Below are positions 20,690 to 33,140 of a stretch of 64,000 nucleotides of DNA, one piece after another; position 1 is the first letter of the stretch; every line of letters starts with the position of its first letter. The DNA is from Macrostomum lignano (taxonomy: Eukaryota), in the NCBI GenBank assembly GCA_002269645.1, contig NIVC01000415.1:310001-374000 (forward strand). The letters run 5' to 3'. Position numbers and translations under genes: made by a program. Below the pieces are notes generated by a model that was given only the letters and a program-made list of their open reading frames with translations, made no database searches and was not told the DNA's origin.

Positions 20690-21325
20690 ATCTGAGCGAT
20701 TGACCACATTAACATTGACATCTCAGCAATTCCCCTTGTATATCATAGTATTCAAGCAATACCCCATGAGCCTTGACATCTCAGAAATACCCCATGAGCC
20801 TTGAGACATATCAGCAATACCCCATGAGCCTCGAAATATCAGCAATACCCTATGAGCCTTGACATCTCAGCAATACCCCATGAGCCTCGAAATATCAGCA
20901 ATACCCTATGAGCCTTGACATCTCAGCAATACCCAAAGAGCCTTGACATATCAGCAATACCCCATGAGCCTCGAAATATCAGCAATACCCCATGAGCCTT
21001 GACATATCAGCAATACCCCATGAGCCTTGATATATCAGCAATACCCCATACCCCATGAGCCTTGACATATCAGCAATACCCCATACCCCATGAGCCTTGA
21101 CATATCAGCAATACACCATACCCCATGAGCCTTGACATATCAGCAATACCCCATACCCCATTAGCCTTGACATATCAGCAATACCCCATACCCAATGAGC
21201 CTTGACAGCTTAGCAATACCCAATGAGCCTTGACAGCTTAGCAATACCCAATGAGCCTTGACAGCTTAGCAATACCCAATGAGCCTTGACAGCTCAGCAA
21301 TACCCCATAAGCCTTGACATCTCAG
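20690..21325. repeat. ~28-bp minisatellite
   Basis: Unit CCATGAGCCTTGACATATCAGCAATACC with length variants; two inverted units also occur at 18395-18450. Confidence 0.9.
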
Positions 21326-22047
21326 AATTTCTACGAATGAACTTGAGCCACAGCACTTGCCACAGATATAATTTATGAGTACTCTAAGCTTTCTCAAAAC
21401 CTTCACAGAACATCGCCGAAAATGCGCAGAGCATTGCGGAGTAAAAGAGTCGCACAAGAGGCAGTTATAAAGCAATGAATTTCTTAGTCAGTAAGTATCA
21501 TTGTCTATTAAATTAACCTACATCGTTACCTATACAAAAAAAATTACGCAATCCTTGAGTTTTACCTTCTATTAGTGGTTTTTTAGAACACAATGAAAGA
21601 CGTTTTTAACGAGAAAATTGACTGTTGAAACTTCACTGGTGGAAAGCACGACAATAGGTGTTCTCACCAAGGACTTCTAGTCTAGAAGCTCTTGGTTCTC
21701 ACACATTAAATAGAGAAAGTTGGAGCAGTTTTGTTTACTAGAGACTCTTTTGCATATTTACCCATCGAAAGTAATGACAGGTAAAAGCTGCTGCTGGGTT
21801 CTTTGAGGAGGTTAAGCGTGATAGCTGACTGTCATATTGCACCTGACTTTTCTCCCAAGAGTAAGCAGCTAGCTTACGGAGTGATTTATTTTCAAAAAAA
21901 TCTGGCAGGGTATAACTTTGCACCTTTTTTCATAAGATTATAACCCATTGTCTATGCAGTTGTTTGATTTCCCAAATTCACGCAAATGACAGGGCTATCG
22001 GTCTATCTTGCATGGCCCAAGAAGCCGCTCAAGAAGCCTGTAAGGGA

Positions 22048-22490
22048 ATGGGATCCTGATCTTAACCCTGATCCAAATCGTGATCCCCATCCTGATCCCC
22101 ATCCTTATCCCCATCCGGATCTTCACCCTGATCCCAATCCTGGTCCCCATCCTGATCCCCATCCTGATCCCCATCCTAATCCCCATCCTGATCCCCAACC
22201 TGATCACCATCCTGATCCCCATCCTGATCCCCATCCTGATCCCCTTCCTGATTCCCATCCTGATCCCCATCCTGATCCCCATCCTGATCTTCACCCTGAT
22301 CCAAATCCTGATCCCCTTCCTGATTTCCATCCTGATCCCATCCTGATCCCCATCCTGATCCCCATCCTGATCTCCATCCTGGTCCCCATCCTGATCCCCA
22401 TCCTGATCCCCATCCTGATCCCCATCCTGATCTCCATCCTGATTCCCATTCTGATTCCTACGCTGATCCCCATACCTCCATTCTGATCCT
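22048..22490 (+). repeat. 12-bp minisatellite (ATCCCCATCCTG)n
   Basis: Source of the spurious PHPD/IPIL/MGIR ORFs. Confidence 0.9.
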
Positions 22491-22609
22491 GGCCCTTAAC
22501 TGTCACCTTATTCCGAATTCCTTGTTCGTCAACGAAGACTTAGATTTGTACCAACAGATTAAGAAGTATTTTAGTTTGTTAGTTACTTTTAATAAGGCGC
22601 ACAATAAAT

Positions 22610-22903
22610 ATTATACTCAACAACATCAAAAAGTCGCCACCTTTGAGAGTGCGCAGGAAATCCCAGCTCATTATTGACTTTTGAGTGACGCAACTTGCGC
22701 CACGCAAAGTGGGGCTGGGTGAGGAGGAATTGGGAAGAGCGGAGGGCGAGTATTGGATGGATTGAAGCTCATGCCCGGCTTTCTTTGTTTTTTCAAGCAT
22801 TATTTAACATCAAAGTCGTTGGCCAGGTGATAGACACTGGTCGAAAGACACTGTTCACTGGGGCAAAGGGTGGCGACTTTTTAATGTTGCTGATCGAGTA
22901 TAT
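22610..22903. mobile_element. Possible MITE (~35-45-bp imperfect terminal inverted repeats)
   Basis: ATACTCAACAACATCAAAAAGTCGCCACCTTTG (22613-22645) versus CAAAGGGTGGCGACTTTTTAATGTTGCTGATCGAGTAT (22864-22901). Confidence 0.45.
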
Positions 22904-23943
22904 TTTAGTCGCTTTTTATCAAAGATTTGTCTACGGACTGTAAAATTCTTTTTACATAAAACTCATACGAACTTTATCTATGTTTTAGTTACAGCATAGA
23001 GAGCATTTCCAGTGCAAAGAAACTTCATATCGCAACCGATATAGAGTGTACGACAACCCTATGTACATTAGATGAATAAGAGTGTAAAAGTGTACGCAGT
23101 GGGCGGTGTACACTTATCTTCACGGCAGCAGGGCGTGCTTCAGGAGCAATGTTCGTTTAATTACTTTTGTCTGGCCTTGACGATGCATGAAATTTCCTGG
23201 AAATTTCGTCAGTTATTTTATTCTAGAATTTTCTGCGGTGCAACCACTCTAAAGATAGGATCAGTATAAATAGGCGGTAAATTCTTGCACAGCAAAGCTT
23301 GTACCAGAGTTTGTCTTCTCCAAGTGACAATGCCACAAATTCTGGGTAAGTTGGACCCTATTTTAACTGTCTGGATAATATTTGGTCAATTTAGGTAAAT
23401 TACGACATCAGGTCCAAAGCAATTTATATGGCCTATTTCAAACAGTTGTGTCTGATGTTGATTATTATTGCAAATTCTCTCATGAACTCTTATAGGAAAA
23501 AATCTAAATTAAATTTGTTTAAGGTTTGAAATGTCAAATGTTGAAGCATGTTGCATCAAGGTTACTTTCGCATCTCCGGTCACCCTCTGCCTATAGTAAC
23601 AGTGAGATCATTGAACACGCACTGAGTGGTCTGAGCCGCCAAATCTTGAGATTCTCAGAGGGGATGGTTAGATCAAGGTTAGAGTGGGGCGACGTTGAAC
23701 TCAAACGCTGTTCTCTTTTGGCTTGCTATTTTTCATGCTCGTCCTTCGTGCTCCGACTCGGAGGTGGGCTCGCAAGCTTCATTGCTTGCCAGGTCGAGCC
23801 AGTCCTGCTATGCTTCAGTGATGGTCGTAGAATTTGAGCAGATTTTCAGAGCATACAGACATCATCAATGCTTAGTTAGGCCTTTTAATTTGCTTGAACA
23901 AATCTTGCTTGCTTTGTAGCGTTTCTTCCTTTGTTGGTTTGTA

Positions 23944-24262
23944 GGGGGTTGTAGCCTAGTGATTAGAGCGTCGGACTCACGACTGGAAGGTCGTGGGTTC
24001 GATTCCTTATCCCACTGGAACAATTTGTGTCCCTGAGCAGGACACTTATCCCCATCCCGATCCCCATCCTTTCCCCCAGTTCACTCAACTGTAAAATGGG
24101 TGCCAGCATTAGCTGGGGTAATTGAGGGTGTGTGTGGCGACCCCCAGTCCTTGGACTGAACAGCCGTACGCAGCCTTCAGATGCTCCGCGCAATAGCTGC
24201 GGCTGAGCTGTCTGTTGCACATCTGCCTAAATGGGGCAGGTGTAATCAATTATTTTTTATTT
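23944..24262 (+). mobile_element. tRNA-derived SINE, copy 2 (near full length)
   Basis: GGGGGTTGTAGCCTAGTGATTAGAGCGTCGGACTCACGACTGGAAGGTCGTGGGTTCGATTCC head, CORE-like body, GGCAGGTGTAATCAATT tail. Confidence 0.9.
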
Positions 24263-25124
24263 ATTGCATATTTAAACCTCCATGTTAAGTCATGTTAACG
24301 TTTTAAAACCTAAAGATACTTTTCTATATGTTAGATGCAACACATTTACGTATTATAAATTTAGGTAACGCGAATGCTACACCACCATTCTAAAGATTCG
24401 CTAGTATTTAATAAAAAACCCAACCCCACCCCGATCGATTTCAGGGTGATCGTCTTACCGGCCTAGGCGCGCACCAGCTGCGCCACCACCGTCCTTTCAC
24501 CTTGATCACAATATTTATCCTCCAGACTATGGAGCATATAAAACACTGAACGCTTACAATAACGCTTACATCCGAGCTGTCACGGATGATCACATAATAA
24601 AAGACGAGTATGAAACCTCGCACTGCACTCATCTGACAGCTTAAATTGAGTGCTGACCGCCAAAACTCTATTGCGCCAAAACCTCTATTGAGCCATGCGC
24701 ACTCAGTCTAGAGCTTTTCAAATTTCAAACTTCGAAAGTTCATAAAATTGAAATAGTTAAGGATATCTAAGCCAGGTTTGAAGCTAAAATTGATGGCTGA
24801 AATCTCTAAAAACTTTTGGGCTACCCGACCAATAAAGGGGACTACTATAGGTGTGCCATGGCAGTTTGGCAGTTGGCGGTCTGATTTGCTTAGTCGTCAT
24901 CAAATAGTCGGACCATCTATCGATTTATTGGTGTTCGATTAATGCAAATCAAACCTCTAGGTTCAAAACGAACCTAAAAACCAATAATTGTCTATACTTT
25001 GCCATGGCAAAGTTTGAAAAACCTTTTGTTGCAGGAACCACGGTTGATCCGTGGTTTGGTGGGGACGCTTCATGGGTCGTCGACGGCTGGCGGGATATTT
25101 CTCCACTAAGTTTCATTTTGATTT

Positions 25125-26160
25125 ATGCTTTCAACTGATAGTTATTTGTTGCTTGTATTCAGTAGCAGTATAGAATTTCTGAACCGTCTACAACAGGAAT
25201 TCGGCGCCAGCTGCGAAAGAGCGGAACTACAGAGGTGCGATGGCTTTCCTGGCAACAACGTGGCGAACTATCTCTTCAGGCTTGGCAACGGTCGCCGGCG
25301 CCTCAGCGTCTGGCACATTTGGCAAGCCGACAGCGTTCTGAAAATTGAAGGCGAGCGTCTCATGGTTCGTCTGTCTCCATTGCAACCGGTTGACGACGAG
25401 GCCAATCAGCCGCAACTGGTGTACTCGGTACTGCTGTCTCTGCGCACCAAATCCGAGGCGAAAGCAGCTCAGACGGTCATGGCGACGGAGGCGGCAGACC
25501 TGGGCAAGGACTGCAACGACTTCTACTGGTTCTCGACGAGTCTCAACGAGCATCTGAGGCGTAGCTGCAACGAGTGGACGACGGAGACGACAAGTTTTTT
25601 GCACGTCCGGCAGGTGGTCCGCGATGTTCACGTGTTTGAGCAGCATCGAGACGGACCTGGTGGTGGCGACGACAAAGACGACAAGCTTCTCTGCGAGTTG
25701 GAGAACTTTTCACTGGTACTGGCGACAACAGATCCCGCCGAACAGCAGCTTTTACCAGAAAAATAGAATTTTGGTGTTCGTATTTGCCCTGATTAGACAC
25801 GAAAATACTGACACCCATCTGTATCTACATTACTATAAATGTATTCGCTTGTTAATCGAAGCTTTAGGGGTCGCTGTTGAAAATTCTATTGTAGAATTTG
25901 AATTAATAGCATCTTTCCGACAATTTTTGGCTTCAGCAGAGGCTAGACTAGGGCCGGGATGTTTTCCAAATGGAGATTCAGAGATGGAGCACCTCTGCAG
26001 GCACTTAAACTTCAAGGATGCAGATCGAATATTCCCTCGCCGTCTGTTAGATACACAGAGATTGGCACTTTTCTTCACTTTCCCGAAAGAATTCAATCGT
26101 ATCAACTGTAATATTAATAATAGAATTTCATCATCGACCCCAAGATACTTACGCTGGTAG
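25125..26160 (+). CDS. Unidentified coding-like region (two overlapping ORFs, 213 and 178 aa)
   Basis: GC-rich, non-repetitive segment 25202-25750 with coding-like codon use. The frame 1 stop sits at an A5 run where frame 2 continues open to 26160. No family recognised. Confidence 0.4.
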
Positions 26161-26722
26161 TTGGTTCGAGTGAAAGTGTACCTTTACGAGTATGTGGACA
26201 TCAACAATTAACAAGTTACGAGTATTTCTGTTTAACTTTTGTCCCTTTGCTAAAAAGATACAATCGATTTATTTATTTGTTAAACTGTTCCCTGCTGCTA
26301 TTTGTTATAATTATTGGCAGGTGTTCTTCGGCTACCGCACTTGCATAAATTTTCTACTATAAGGTCTCTACTATTACGTATAAGTTATAAGTTGTACTAA
26401 TAACTGTGCTGCATAGCATTGTCAATAAATGGAAAACATTTTATAATAGCATAAAGCATTACAGATTCTTGTGCGTCGACGTATTGTATATATTTTCAAT
26501 AGGCAATCGTTATCTACTTAGAATTATAGAGTTAAAAGTTTCTTTAACGCCTTTGATTACTGCTTACAGCTTGTTAAAACCTCGATGTTGAAATACAACT
26601 ATATATATATTCAGCATAATTTAACTTGCATAAATTGAAGACGCAACCGCTTAAAAAGCCTTTTATTTTTAAGTATTTTGCAGTTTCTTATTATTGCAGC
26701 AGCTTGTATCAAGTAGTAATTA

Positions 26723-27019
26723 TAATAATAATTGATTACACCTGCCCCATTTGGGCAGATGTGCAACCGACAGCTCAGCCGCAGCTATTGAGCCGCGCAT
26801 CTGAAGGCTGCGTACGGCTGTTCAGTCCAAGGACTGGGGGGTCGCCACACAGCCTCAATTACCCCAGCTAATGCTGGCACCCATTTTACAGCTGGGTGAA
26901 CTGAAGCAATGCAGAGTTAAGTGTCTTGCTCAAGGACACAAATTGTTCCAGTGGGGTCGATAATCGAACCCCGACCTTCAAGTTGTGAATCCGACGCTTT
27001 AACCACTATACTAAAACCT
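26723..27019 (-). mobile_element. tRNA-derived SINE, copy 3
   Basis: Reverse complement reads GAGGTTTTAGTATAGTGGTTAAAGCGTCGGATTCACAAC...GGTTCGATT...GTGTCCTTGAGCAAGACAC...GGCAGGTGTAATCAATTATT. Confidence 0.9.
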
Positions 27020-30000
27020 CTACTAGGCTACAACCCCTACTAGGCTACAACCCCTACTAGGCTAGAACCCCTACTAGGCTAGAACCCCTACTAGGCTACA
27101 ACCCCTACTAGGCTACAACCCCTACTAGGCTACAACCCCTACTAGGCTACAACCCCTACTAGGCTACAACCCCTACTAGGCTACAACCCCTACTAGGCTA
27201 CAACCCCTACTAGGCTACAACCCCTACTAGGCTACAACCCCTACTAGGCTACAACCCCTACTAGGCTACAACCCCTACTAGGCTACAACCCCTACTAGGC
27301 TACAACCCCTACTAGGCTACAACCCCTACTAGGCTACAACCCCTACTAGGCTACAACCCCTACTAGGCTACAACCCCTACTAGGCTACAACCCCTACTAG
27401 GCTACAACCCCTACTAGGCTACAACCCCTACTAGGCTACAACCCCTACTAGGCTACAACCCCTACTAGGCTACAACCCCTACTAGGCTACAACCCCTACT
27501 GGGCTACAACCCCTACTAGGCTACAATCCCTACTAGGCTACAACCCTATCTACTAGGCTACAACCCCTACTAGGCTACAACCCCTACTAGGCTACAACCC
27601 CTACTAGGCTACAACCCCTACTAGGCTACAACCCCTACTAGGCTACAACCCCTACTAGGCTACAACCCCTACTGGGCTACAACCCCTACTGGGCTACAAC
27701 CCCTACTAGGCTACAACCCTATCTACTAGGCTACAACCCCTACTAGGCTACAACCCCTACTAGGCTACAACCCCTACTAGGCTACAACCCCTACTAGGCT
27801 ACAACCCCTACTAGGCTACAACCCCTACTAGGCTACAACCCCTACTAGGCTACAACCCCTACTAGGCTACAACCCCTACTGGGCTACAACCCCTACTAGG
27901 CTACAACCCCTACTAGGCTACAACCCCTACTAGGCTACAACCCCTACTAGGCTACAACCCCTACTAGGCTACAACCCCTACTAGGCTACAACCCCTACTA
28001 GGCTACAACCCCTACTAGGCTACAACCCCTACTAGGCTACAACCCCTACTAGGCTACAACCCCTACTAGGCTACAACCCCTACTAGGCTACAACCCCTAC
28101 TAGGCTACAACCCCTACTAGGCTACAACCCCTACTAGGCTACAACCCCTACTAGGCTACAACCCCTACTAGGCTACAACCCCTACTAGGCTACAACCCCT
28201 ACTGGGCTACAACCCCTACTGGGCTACAACCCCTACTAGGCTACAACCCTATCTACTAGGCTACAACCCCTACTAGGCTACAACCCCTACTAGGCTACAA
28301 CCCCTACTAGGCTACAACCCCTACTAGGCTACAACCCCTACTAGGCTACAACCCCTACTAGGCTACAACCCCTACTAGGCTACAACCCCTACTAGGCTAC
28401 AACCCCTACTGGGCTACAACCCCTACTAGGCTACAACCCCTACTAGGCTACAACCCCTACTAGGCTACAACCCCTACTAGGCTACAACCCCTACTAGGCT
28501 ACAACCCCTACTAGGCTACAACCCCTACTAGGCTACAACCCCTACTAGGCTACAACCCCTACTAGGCTACAACCCCTACTAGGCTACAACCCCTACTGGG
28601 CTACAACCCCTACTGGGCTACAACCCCTACTAGGCTACAACCCTATCTACTAGGCTACAACCCCTACTAGGCTACAACCCCTACTAGGCTACAACCCCTA
28701 CTAGGCTACAACCCCTACTAGGCTACAACCCCTACTAGGCTACAACCCTATCTACTAGGCTACAACCCCTACTAGGCTACAACCCCTACTAGGCTACAAC
28801 CCCTACTAGGCTACAACCCCTACTAGGCTACAACCCCTACTAGGCTACAACCCCTACTAGGCTACAACCCCTACTGGGCTACAACCCCTACTGGGCTACA
28901 ACCCCTACTAGGCTACAACCCTATCTACTAGGCTACAACCCCTACTAGGCTACAACCCCTACTAGGCTACAACCCCTACTAGGCTACAACCCCTACTAGG
29001 CTACAACCCCTACTAGGCTACAACCCCTACTAGGCTACAACCCCTACTAGGCTACAACCCCTACTGGGCTACAACCCCTACTAGGCTACAACCCCTACTA
29101 GGCTACAACCCCTACTAGGCTACAACCCCTACTAGGCTACAACCCCTACTAGGCTACAACCCCTACTAGGCTACAACCCCTACTAGGCTACAACCCCTAC
29201 TAGGCTACAACCCCTACTAGGCTACAACCCCTACTAGGCTACAACCCCTACTAGGCTACAACCCCTACTGGGCTACAACCCCTACTGGCTACAACCCCTA
29301 CTAGGCTACAACCCTATCTACTAGGCTACAACCCCTACTAGGCTACAACCCCTACTAGGCTACAACCCCTACTAGGCTACAACCCCTACTAGGCTACAAC
29401 CCCTACTAGGCTACAACCCCTACTAGGCTACAACCCCTACTAGGCTACAACCCCTACTAGGCTACAACCCCTACTGGGCTACAACCCCTACTAGGCTACA
29501 ACCCCTACTAGGCTACAACCCCTACTAGGCTACAACCCCTACTAGGCTACAACCCCTACTAGGCTACAACCCCTACTAGGCTACAACCCCTACTAGGCTA
29601 CAACCCCTACTAGGCTACAACCCCTACTAGGCTACAACCCCTACTAGGCTACAACCCCTACTAGGCTACAACCCCTACTAGGCTACAACCCCTACTAGGC
29701 TACAACCCCTACTAGGCTACAACCCCTACTAGGCTACAACCCCTACTAGGCTACAACCCCTACTAGGCTACAACCCCTACTGGGCTACAACCCCTACTGG
29801 GCTACAACCCCTACTAGGCTACAACCCTATCTACTAGGCTACAACCCCTACTAGGCTACAACCCCTACTAGGCTAGAACCCCTACTAGGCTAGAACCCCT
29901 ACTAGGCTACAACCCCTACTAGGCTACAACCCCTACTAGGCTACAACCCCTACTGGGCTACAACCCCTACTGGGCTACAACCCCTACTAGGCTACAACCC

Positions 30001-31378
30001 TATCTACTAGGCTACAACCCCTACTAGGCTACAACCCCTACTAGGCTACAACCCCTACTAGGCTACAACCCCTACTAGGCTACAACCCCTACTAGGCTAC
30101 AACCCCTACTAGGCTACAACCCCTACTAGGCTACAACCCCTACTAGGCTACAACCCCTACTGGGCTACAACCCCTACTAGGCTACAACCCCTACTAGGCT
30201 ACAACCCCTACTAGGCTACAACCCCTACTAGGCTACAACCCCTACTAGGCTACAACCCCTACTAGGCTACAACCCCTACTAGGCTACAACCCCTACTAGG
30301 CTACAACCCCTACTAGGCTACAACCCCTACTAGGCTACAACCCCTACTAGGCTACAACCCCTACTAGGCTACAACCCCTACTAGGCTACAACCCCTACTA
30401 GGCTACAACCCCTACTAGGCTACAACCCCTACTAGGCTACAACCCCTACTAGGCTACAACCCCTACTGGGCTACAACCCCTACTGGGCTACAACCCCTAC
30501 TAGGCTACAACCCCTACTAGGCTACAACCCCTACTGGGCTACAACCCCTACTGGGCTACAACCCCTACTAGGCTACAACCCTACTAGGCTACAACCCCTA
30601 CTAGGCTACAACCCCTACTAGGCTACAACCCCTACTAGGCTACAACCCCTACTAGGCTACAACCCCTACTGGGCTACAACCCCTACTGGGCTACAACCCC
30701 TACTAGGCTACAACCCTACTAGGCTACAACCCCTACTAGGCTACAACCCCTACTAGGCTACAACCCCTACTGGGCTACAACCCCTACTAGGCTACAACCC
30801 CTACTAGGCTACAACCCTACTGGGCTACAACCCCTACTAGGCTACAACCCTACTAGGCTACAACCCCTACTAGGCTACAACCCCTACTGGGCTACAACCC
30901 CTACTAGGCTACAACCCCTACTAGGCTACAACCCCTACTAGGCTACAACCCCTACTAGGCTACAACCCTACTAGGCTACAACCCTACTAGGCTACAACCC
31001 TACTAGGCTACAACCCTACTAGGCTACAACCCTACTGGGCTACAACCCCTACTAGGCTACAACCCTACTAGGCTACAACCCTACTAGGCTACAACCCTAC
31101 TGGGCTACAACCCCTACTGGGCTACAACCCTACTAGGCTACAACCCCTACTGGGCTACAACCCCTACTAGGCTACAACCCCTACTAGGCTACAACCCCTA
31201 CTAGGCTACAACCCCTACTAGGCTACAACCCTACTAGGCTACAACCCTACTAGGCTACAACCCTACTAGGCTACAACCCTACTAGGCTACAACCCTACTA
31301 GGCTACAACCCTACTAGGCTACAACCCTACTAGGCTACAACCCTACTAGGCTACAACCCTACTGGGCTACAACCCCTA
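27020..31378 (-). repeat. 17-bp satellite, ~255 copies, derived from the SINE 5' end
   Basis: Unit CTACTAGGCTACAACCC (minus: GGGTTGTAGCCTAGTAG) matches GTAGGGGGTTGTAGCCTAGT at the head of SINE copy 2 and is contiguous with the head of copy 3. Confidence 0.95.
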
Positions 31379-32369
31379 GTCTAGTAGGGCAAAACAACTG
31401 TCCAGTAAGCAGTTTGGCAAAACAGCCGGAGAAATGTTTTAAACAAGCAGCAAGCAGTGAGCAGTTTTAAAATTGCTTTAAGCTTAACTCTTCGATACAT
31501 TTAGATGCATAAAAATCAAAATTATTTATAAATTTGCACAATTAGTACACAGTTTGGACTTTTTATTGGCTATAGAACATAATGCGTAGCGAGATGCTAC
31601 TAAAAGTAGAACATAGCTGTTTTACTCGCTGATTTATTTATCTCGCAATATCTCGTGCTACTGTTAAGCAAGTTAAGCAGCTAACAGAATAAATTTTTGG
31701 CTATTAAACTATAGAAATAGGACCAGTGTACCACGAGTCCTAGCCACGAAAATATTGTTTAGAAATAAACTGCAAATACTAAGTCCCTCATTATCAGTGT
31801 AAATTTTTGTAAAAATCTGAGTCAACAGTCTTACACGCTAGGAAAGCATGACTTGTTTTGAGTACTTCTTACAAGATAGCTACTGGTTTTTGTGAGTGTT
31901 CTTATGCTTATCAGTAAAGAAGTTATTCTAGGAATAGCACTTCCCAACAGTGGTCAGTTTGAGCTCACTGTTCAAGAACTGTAGATACCATGCAGCTCAA
32001 GCAGCAGAAACTTGAGAAACGCGATACACTACTTTGTTCACTCGTGGTCTCGACGTTTGCTTCAATTTTCGCCTGGGAATTTTCTTAGGTCAATACTTTC
32101 TGGTGCAATATGTCAGGAGCAGAATCATGGGGTCAGAGCAGTTCTGCCGTAATAACGCGTCTGACTTTTGCGACTCGATCACTGGTTTGATTCCGCTCGC
32201 GGCCACCTTCATTTAGGCTTTTGTACATGACGATTTGGCTGGTGGGTTGTCGTGCGATTCACAGCGATGAGGGCCAACCCCAAGGCACACAGAGTGTACA
32301 TGCCTGATGATTAGGAAGCCAGGGCCGCTGTACACTCTGTGGGAGCGTGTATACGAGCGTACGAGTGCG

Positions 32370-32700
32370 TAAACCAAAGCGCCCAGTGCCAGATCGACAG
32401 GCTGGTCAATGTGGCATCTAGTTGTCAACATGCTGAAGACCGAGGTGCTGACTGTGCCAGCCGACATCCCAGCGGACCTGACGTGCCGCGGCGCAGACGG
32501 GCAGACGACCAAGCTCGCACGCTGCCAGCGGTTAACCTACCTCGGCGGTCTGGTGCCCCACGTGGACCTCCGGTGGCGCAGAGGAGTTGCCTGGGTGGCC
32601 TTCCGTTCGATCCGAGCCGTCCTCCAGTCCGAAACGCTGCCCGACCGCCAAAGGTCTCGGCTGGGGCAGGCGGTGGTCGAAACCTCACCTTGCTGGGCGC
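32370..32700 (+). mobile_element. Degenerate RTE-type LINE fragment (RT thumb region), frameshifted
   Basis: AQCQIDRLVNVAS / VNMLKTEVLTV...TYLGGLV..DLRWRRGVAWVAFRSIRAVLQSETLPD..AVVET; overlaps the 14766 fragment in homology. Confidence 0.7.
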
Positions 32701-33039
32701 GCTCAGGAGTCAGTGGAATGAGCAGAATTGCCTCACCGCTAATCATGGAACAATTTTGCAAAAGGCGTTGCACCAGAGTGCCCACAGCCGTTCTGCAATA
32801 ATAGGACAGAATCATGCTAACATTCAACTTGCATCATTAAGTAGCCAAGTACCATTCCAAGTAGCCTCTGTACTTAAAACTTGGTTATGAACCGACTGTT
32901 TTGTGATATTAGTGAAAACTTGGCAAAATCTAAATGTGTCGGGTCCCTGCTGGAGATGTAGAAAAATATCTATTCTGCACAGTTGTCATGTATCCATTCA
33001 AATCTTTCATTTTTGTTCATTTATCCTCATTTATCCTAG

Positions 33040-33140
33040 ATTACACCTGCTCTAACTGGCAGATGTGCAACCGACAGCTCAACCGCAGCTATTGCGCGGC
33101 GCACCTGAAAGCTGCGTACGGCTATTCAGTCCAAGGACAT
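33040..33140 (-). mobile_element. SINE 3' fragment, copy 4
   Basis: ATTACACCTGC...GCAGATGTGCAACCGACAGCTC..CCGCAGCTATTGCGCGGCGC...CAGTCCAAGGAC matches the 3' half of the other copies. Confidence 0.85.

Noticed and set aside
27020-31378. CRISPR-like array (also considered for 44046-44339, 60025-60815, 61320-63365)
   Set aside because: The units are head-to-tail with no unique spacers, there are no cas genes, and the context is eukaryotic.
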